Source: a cyanobacterium endosymbiont of Rhopalodia gibba (GTDB lineage: Bacteria > Cyanobacteriota > Cyanobacteriia > Cyanobacteriales > Microcystaceae). From it: a stretch of DNA of 64,000 nucleotides. This document shows, piece by piece, positions 59,458 to 64,000 of this stretch. Below the pieces are notes generated by a model. It had not been told where the DNA came from, did not search any database, and saw nothing but the letters and a program-made list of their open reading frames with translations. The stretch lies in the NCBI GenBank assembly GCA_045159875.1, contig CP067995.1, positions 2,994,179-3,058,178 on the forward strand, given 5' to 3'. Every line of letters begins with the position of its first letter. The stretch's first letter is position 1. The translations under genes were made by a program, and so were the position numbers.

Positions 59458-60036
59458 TTATTGAACCAGACGGCTGGCATCAGTTCCCCAACTAGGGGTA
59501 GGAGCCGAAGTACGCGCAGAAGTTGTGGGAACTTCTGGTACATCATGAACCATCCCCGAAAGAGTACTGACCTTAACACAGCTTGGTGTAAACAAGAAAA
59601 TGCTTTCACCTATTCTTTCTTGGTGTCCATCAATAGCATAAGTTCCACCTGCTACGAAATCTACAGCTCTTTGTGCCTCTTCGGGATCCATCACGTTTAG
59701 ATTAAGAACAACAGACTTACGCTCCCGTAGGGTTTGGATGACTTGGGGCATTTCGTCAAATGAATGAGGTTCAACTACTACTACTTCAGCAATGCTATTG
59801 GTAATCCCCGGCATTCCGATAACATTACTCCTATTCGTCCCCATCTGTGAATCCGAGGCTAGATTTAAATCACGATTGCGTGATGACGGTTGAGTATAGT
59901 CTTTCCCTATGGAAGGGAGTTGCTGCTCTTCATCTATTTCTTTATAATCTTCTGAATCATAGGGATCGTACTCATCATATACAGGTTCATCAATACCCAC
60001 AATTCTTTTTAGTTTCTCTGTCAAAGACATATTCAA
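59458..60036 (-). CDS. sepF: Cell division protein SepF; start may be ATG 60030
   Basis: [45 protein letters not shown]. Confidence 0.96.
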   Translation of the reverse strand: MNMSLTEKLKRIVGIDEPVYDEYDPYDSEDYKEIDEEQQLPSIGKDYTQPSSRNRDLNLASDSQMGTNRSNVIGMPGITNSIAEVVVVEPHSFDEMPQVIQTLRERKSVVLNLNVMDPEEAQRAVDFVAGGTYAIDGHQERIGESIFLFTPSCVKVSTLSGMVHDVPEVPTTSARTSAPTPSWGTDASRLVQ

Positions 60037-60324
60037 AATTTCCGTTTTTTTACAAAGGGTTAACCAAACAAGGGGAATAAAGGTTAAATAACAGTATTGT
60101 GCCCGTTGGCTTAGAATTAGATTAAGAGCGCTATTCGGTCACTTTTGCGCTACTTAGTTCATTCTAAGAACGAGTGAACTTTTTTAAGTCCAGCGACGTC
60201 ATCAAAGCCAGTTCTTTTGAGTCCAGATGGCTCTATTATTTCAGTTGCTTTGGTTTAATAACATGTTCTTAGTCGTTTTAGTTCAATAATATGTTCCCCC
60301 ATTATAGATTTTAGAAAAATATTA

Positions 60325-60386
60325 TTTGACCAGCTGTCTTACATTTTAGGATATCTTTGACCAGCTGTCTTACATTTTAAGATATC
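60325..60386 (+). repeat. 31-bp tandem duplication with 1 mismatch in the pipY-sepF spacer
   Basis: TTTGACCAGCTGTCTTACATTTTA(G/A)GATATC twice. Confidence 0.95.
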
Positions 60387-60532
60387 AACGAACAAACATC
60401 TCTAAAAAATGTAAAGAATTTGTGAAATAGAAGGAATATGTTTAGATTATGTGAATTTTTTATCTTAAATAAATCCAAAGATGTTGATAACCAATTTTTT
60501 AGGGAAATGAGGAAGTTAAACATCAAACACAT

Positions 60533-61189
60533 TTAATCTCTTTCCCCAAATATAATTCTCCCTAGGCGAATCATGGTTGCTCCTGCTTGTATGGCTAGTA
60601 AATAGTCTCCAGACATCCCCATTGATAACTGATCAATCTCTAAGTTCGATTGTCTTTTAATTTTATGAGCTAAGTCTTTTACTTTTTTAAAAGTAGCTAA
60701 AATTTCTGTTTCAGGCAAACCTAAAGGTAAAATTGTCATCAGACCTTTTATTTTTAAGTTTTTACAGTTCTCTAATTCTGATAAGCCTGTGAAAAGTTCT
60801 TCTTCTTTCCAGCCATATTTATTAGGATCGGATAAAATTTTAACTTGAAGACAGGCTTTACGAGATAGGGAAGACTCCGCGGCAAGTTGATTAAGACGCC
60901 GAACAATTTTAAGACTGTCAGCCGAATGAATCCAGTCAAAGTGTAAAACTACTTTTTTCGCTTTATTTGATTGTAAATGCCCGATAAAATGCCAACAAAT
61001 ATCTTTTAAGTCGTTGAGTTCTTTTTGTTTTGAGATAGCTTCTTGAAGGTGACTTTCAGCAAAGTCTCGTATTCCTGATTCATAAGCTGCTCGTATTTGA
61101 GGAATGGACACCTGTTTAGTGACAGCTATCAAACGAACATGAGAAGGCACTTGTTGACGAATTTGATTAAGACGTTGAGCAATGGTCAT
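60533..61189 (-). CDS. pipY: YggS/PLPBP family PLP-binding protein
   Basis: LIAVTK, WHFIGHLQSNK, GLMTI and LSMGMSGDY..AI..GATMIRLG; downstream of pipX. Confidence 0.95.
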   Translation of the reverse strand: MTIAQRLNQIRQQVPSHVRLIAVTKQVSIPQIRAAYESGIRDFAESHLQEAISKQKELNDLKDICWHFIGHLQSNKAKKVVLHFDWIHSADSLKIVRRLNQLAAESSLSRKACLQVKILSDPNKYGWKEEELFTGLSELENCKNLKIKGLMTILPLGLPETEILATFKKVKDLAHKIKRQSNLEIDQLSMGMSGDYLLAIQAGATMIRLGRIIFGERD

Positions 61190-61240
61190 TGACTCACAAA
61201 AATATTATAGTTTTGGATTAGAGGTAAATATACCGAATAA

Positions 61241-61510
61241 TCAGAAAAATGTTCGCTGATAAATTATCTGAAGTTCTTGATAATCTTGAAAAGCTCCTAA
61301 ACGCTGCAGGTCGCGCACACGAGTTTCTACCAATAGTCTAGCACCGGAACGACTTACTGGTTCAAAAACCATATCACTGGGCAAGATTTTTAATAAGAAA
61401 AATAAACGTTGAGCATACAAGGTTGTAAATAACTCTTGATTATTATCTAATAGACACACTCTATAAAGTAGTCCGAAGGTGGGATGATTGAGATAAGTTT
61501 CGTTGCTCAT
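61241..61510 (-). CDS. pipX: PII-interacting protein X
   Basis: ETYLNHPTFGLLYRVC and ELFTTLYAQRLFF; 89 aa. Confidence 0.96.
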   Translation of the reverse strand: MSNETYLNHPTFGLLYRVCLLDNNQELFTTLYAQRLFFLLKILPSDMVFEPVSRSGARLLVETRVRDLQRLGAFQDYQELQIIYQRTFF

Positions 61511-61975
61511 TCAAGTTTTTAAAAAAGTTTCTCTTTTTGGGTCAATAGGAATAGGGGAATAACTAAAACAGCTAGTGTATGTTAATTAGACTTTATGTGC
61601 ATATAATCCTGGCGGATTACTAAGTTAATGATTCTAACTATACAACCTGAATTCAATGTTAAGAGTGGCAGATGCGGTCATGTCGTACTGAATGACAGAT
61701 TTCTATTTTTTAGCGCTTCTTTCCACTGTAACTTAGACCCGCTCCAAGTTTTGAACAGTCCAAAACTTGATTTTTATAAAAATTAAATTTTGGAAGTTAT
61801 TAACTGCTAATCTAGCAAGATTAGTCTATAAAAGTCTTAATTTTTACAACAAAAAGATTTAAAATTTTCTTAGTAGTTATGGATTTTTAATAAAGTCCTT
61901 TATGTTAAACTTTCGTCGGGACAGAACTGAATTACTTAAGTACAATTGGTCAGAAGTTGTTATTAGAGACAAATT

Positions 61976-62923
61976 ATGTCACAAAAAAATAAGGCCTTCG
62001 TGATCATTACGCTTCTTCTGATTACTGCCGGAATTTTAGGAGGAGTTTATAGGTGGTTTATTCAAAAATTTGGCGAACCCCGCCAAATTATTTTTTTGGG
62101 AATGACCATATTTTCTAAAAATCAAGCAATTAGATCCGGTTCTCCTTTGCCACCACCTCCTTCTCTTATCGATTCAGGAACTTTCTTTTTTCCGATAAAA
62201 GTTCCTCCAGGAACTCTTATTAGAATTAGCAGCTCGACTACTATGACATTACTTAATAAAGCCCTAAAAAATGGTTTTGAACAACAATTTCCAGAAACTG
62301 AGGTAGTTGTAAACACACAGAAATCGAATAAAAGTATTGAGTTACTATTAAAGGGCGATATTGATATCGCAGCAATATCTCGTCATCTCACCAGTGATGA
62401 AAAATCCCAAGGATTAACTGCCATTCTTATGGCTAGGAATGTGCTCGCCATCGTAATTGGGTCTCAAAATTCTTTTCATCATGGGCTAACACAAGCTCAG
62501 GTAATTGATATTTTTCAGGGAAAAATCATTAATTGGTCAGCTTTAGGACGATATCCAGGAACCATTCAAGTGATTAATCACCCTTCTTTCAGTAGCACAC
62601 GTCAAATCTTTGAACAGCTAATCTTAAAAGGAAGGGATTTTGGTAACACTCCCGACATCGCCACGACCGCTCAAGAGACCCCCACTTTTATTTTACAAAA
62701 TCTAGGCACCGATGGCATTAGTTATGAAACCTATCCTCAAATTACGACTCAACAGACAATACGAACTATTCCCATTGATGGCTATACTCCTGAAGTCCCC
62801 AAATATCCTTATAAACAATCACTCTATTATATTTACCGAAAACCTTCTTCAGAAGCAGTTAAAATATTTTTAGGTTATGCAATTTCTCCAATGGGACAGA
62901 AAATTATCAGCGATCTTCAATAA
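61976..62923 (+). CDS. PstS-like (PBP_like) substrate-binding protein with N-terminal membrane anchor
   Basis: SSSTTM..N.ALK..FEQQFP, DIAAISR, LT..QV.DIF.GKI.NWS and YPY...LYYIY. Confidence 0.8.
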   Translation: MSQKNKAFVIITLLLITAGILGGVYRWFIQKFGEPRQIIFLGMTIFSKNQAIRSGSPLPPPPSLIDSGTFFFPIKVPPGTLIRISSSTTMTLLNKALKNGFEQQFPETEVVVNTQKSNKSIELLLKGDIDIAAISRHLTSDEKSQGLTAILMARNVLAIVIGSQNSFHHGLTQAQVIDIFQGKIINWSALGRYPGTIQVINHPSFSSTRQIFEQLILKGRDFGNTPDIATTAQETPTFILQNLGTDGISYETYPQITTQQTIRTIPIDGYTPEVPKYPYKQSLYYIYRKPSSEAVKIFLGYAISPMGQKIISDLQ

Positions 62924-63946
62924 GATTACAAATCGAGAGGCAAGTATTACATGCTTACCTATATAGCTTCTGTATAATTTACAATGTAATTTTTTTATAA
63001 TTCCAAAGCTAACTTTCCTTTTTGCAAGCTTTACAGACAGTTTAGAATAGATAAAAAAGCAGTAGTTCTATGCTATCAACAGCATTAAATAAAATTTAGT
63101 GTTGTAAAAAGAAAATATCATCTTCATCTTAGCGAACCATTTCGTGAACTAAACTAATGAAAAATACTGAGCTTCTTTAAAAAGAGATAAAGCTTTGATT
63201 ATCGTAACCATTCTTTATAGTTTTTAATACCGAACTATTAAAGAATTTTATTTATTGGCAGCGGGTTTTCGTTGTTATAAAATATTTTTTTATCTAGTCA
63301 GCAACAATTATTTAATAGAGCTTATCCCCCGCGTAGTAATGTTCTTAGCGTATTTTTTTGCCGGTAAAGAACAAATTACGGAAATTAGTTTGAGCTATTT
63401 TTTTTATAAAAATTTGTAATCATGTCTGCAGCAAAACGCATCAGATATTTGGAGACTAAAAATTTTTTATTTAAAAACTTTTTGATAAGTTCTATTAAAA
63501 GAAAATAAAACTAAAGATTAGTACAGTTCATTTGCAAGTATTTATTGATTGTTTTTCTATACCTATTATGTTTCTATCCAAAAAAACTTTATTTTGATTG
63601 GAGATCGAAAGATAAATAAGTCTTAATCTTCTATTGTTCTCTGATGATTATTAAAGTCTCGATTCTTGGCAAATACTATTTCAGATAATTGTCAGCTTTG
63701 TCATAACTTTTACATTAGATACTGAGAATGACAACCGAACTCCTCTGTCGCGTTGAACTTACGTTCAGCAAATTACACATCGCCTAAGACAGATGCAGCG
63801 TGATGACTCCTTCTTATTCGTGGAGGAAATTAGAGATGAATGCTTGTATTAAATACTATGTGACGAAGTTCCTTTATTTTTATCAAGCTCAACAATCTTT
63901 GTTTAAAGAGACTTACGAAGAGAAAAAAAGAATTTTTAAAAAAGGG

Positions 63947-63976
63947 TTGACATTTTTTAGGGACCCAATGTATATT
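63947..63976 (+). promoter_or_regulatory. Strong sigma70-type promoter reading out of the window, possibly for an rRNA operon or other stable RNA
   Basis: A/T-rich UP-like tract, TTGACA, 18-nt spacer, TATATT, then GC-rich GCGCGG. Confidence 0.55.
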
Positions 63977-64000
63977 GGTAAATGCGCGGTTGAGAGCAAC

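Noticed and set aside
58554..61510. pipX-pipY-sepF-proC cluster as a novel system
   Set aside because: It is a known conserved cyanobacterial gene cluster

Overview
This window is cyanobacterial chromosome with very low coding density (intact CDSs sum to roughly 28 kb of 64 kb). Housekeeping genes are separated by long, very AT-rich tracts of decaying pseudogenes. About 40 intact CDSs are present, including rpe, tatA, lspA-bioY-bioB, ftrC, phoH, ndhH, tilS, tsaD, purA-rplY, ribH, rsmG, nfuA, queE, hemB, lhgO, topA, sfsA and pipX-pipY-sepF-proC, plus two tRNAs (Ser-GCT, Arg-CCG). Hand translation of the spacers shows ruined photosynthesis genes in their usual cyanobacterial positions: psbH (probably also psbN) beside tatA, psaF-psaJ divergent from tsaD, and psbZ upstream of ribH. 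Other pseudogenes encode a GH57 hydrolase, an amino-acid ABC binding protein, a P-type ATPase, a TolB-like protein and a pentapeptide protein. Loss of both PSI and PSII subunits points to a non-photosynthetic endosymbiont, most plausibly the spheroid body (diazoplast) of a rhopalodiacean diatom; this is an inference. Two signals remain unexplained. The first is a set of sequence-unrelated perfect 13-19 bp inverted repeats, several lying inside dead genes. The second is an ORF-less, structured candidate sRNA behind a consensus promoter at about 58.25 kb, with an apparent degenerate sister copy divergent from the ribbon-helix-helix gene at about 0.86 kb. No CRISPR array, intact transposase or integrase was seen. 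All homology calls come from recalled family motifs, not database searches.
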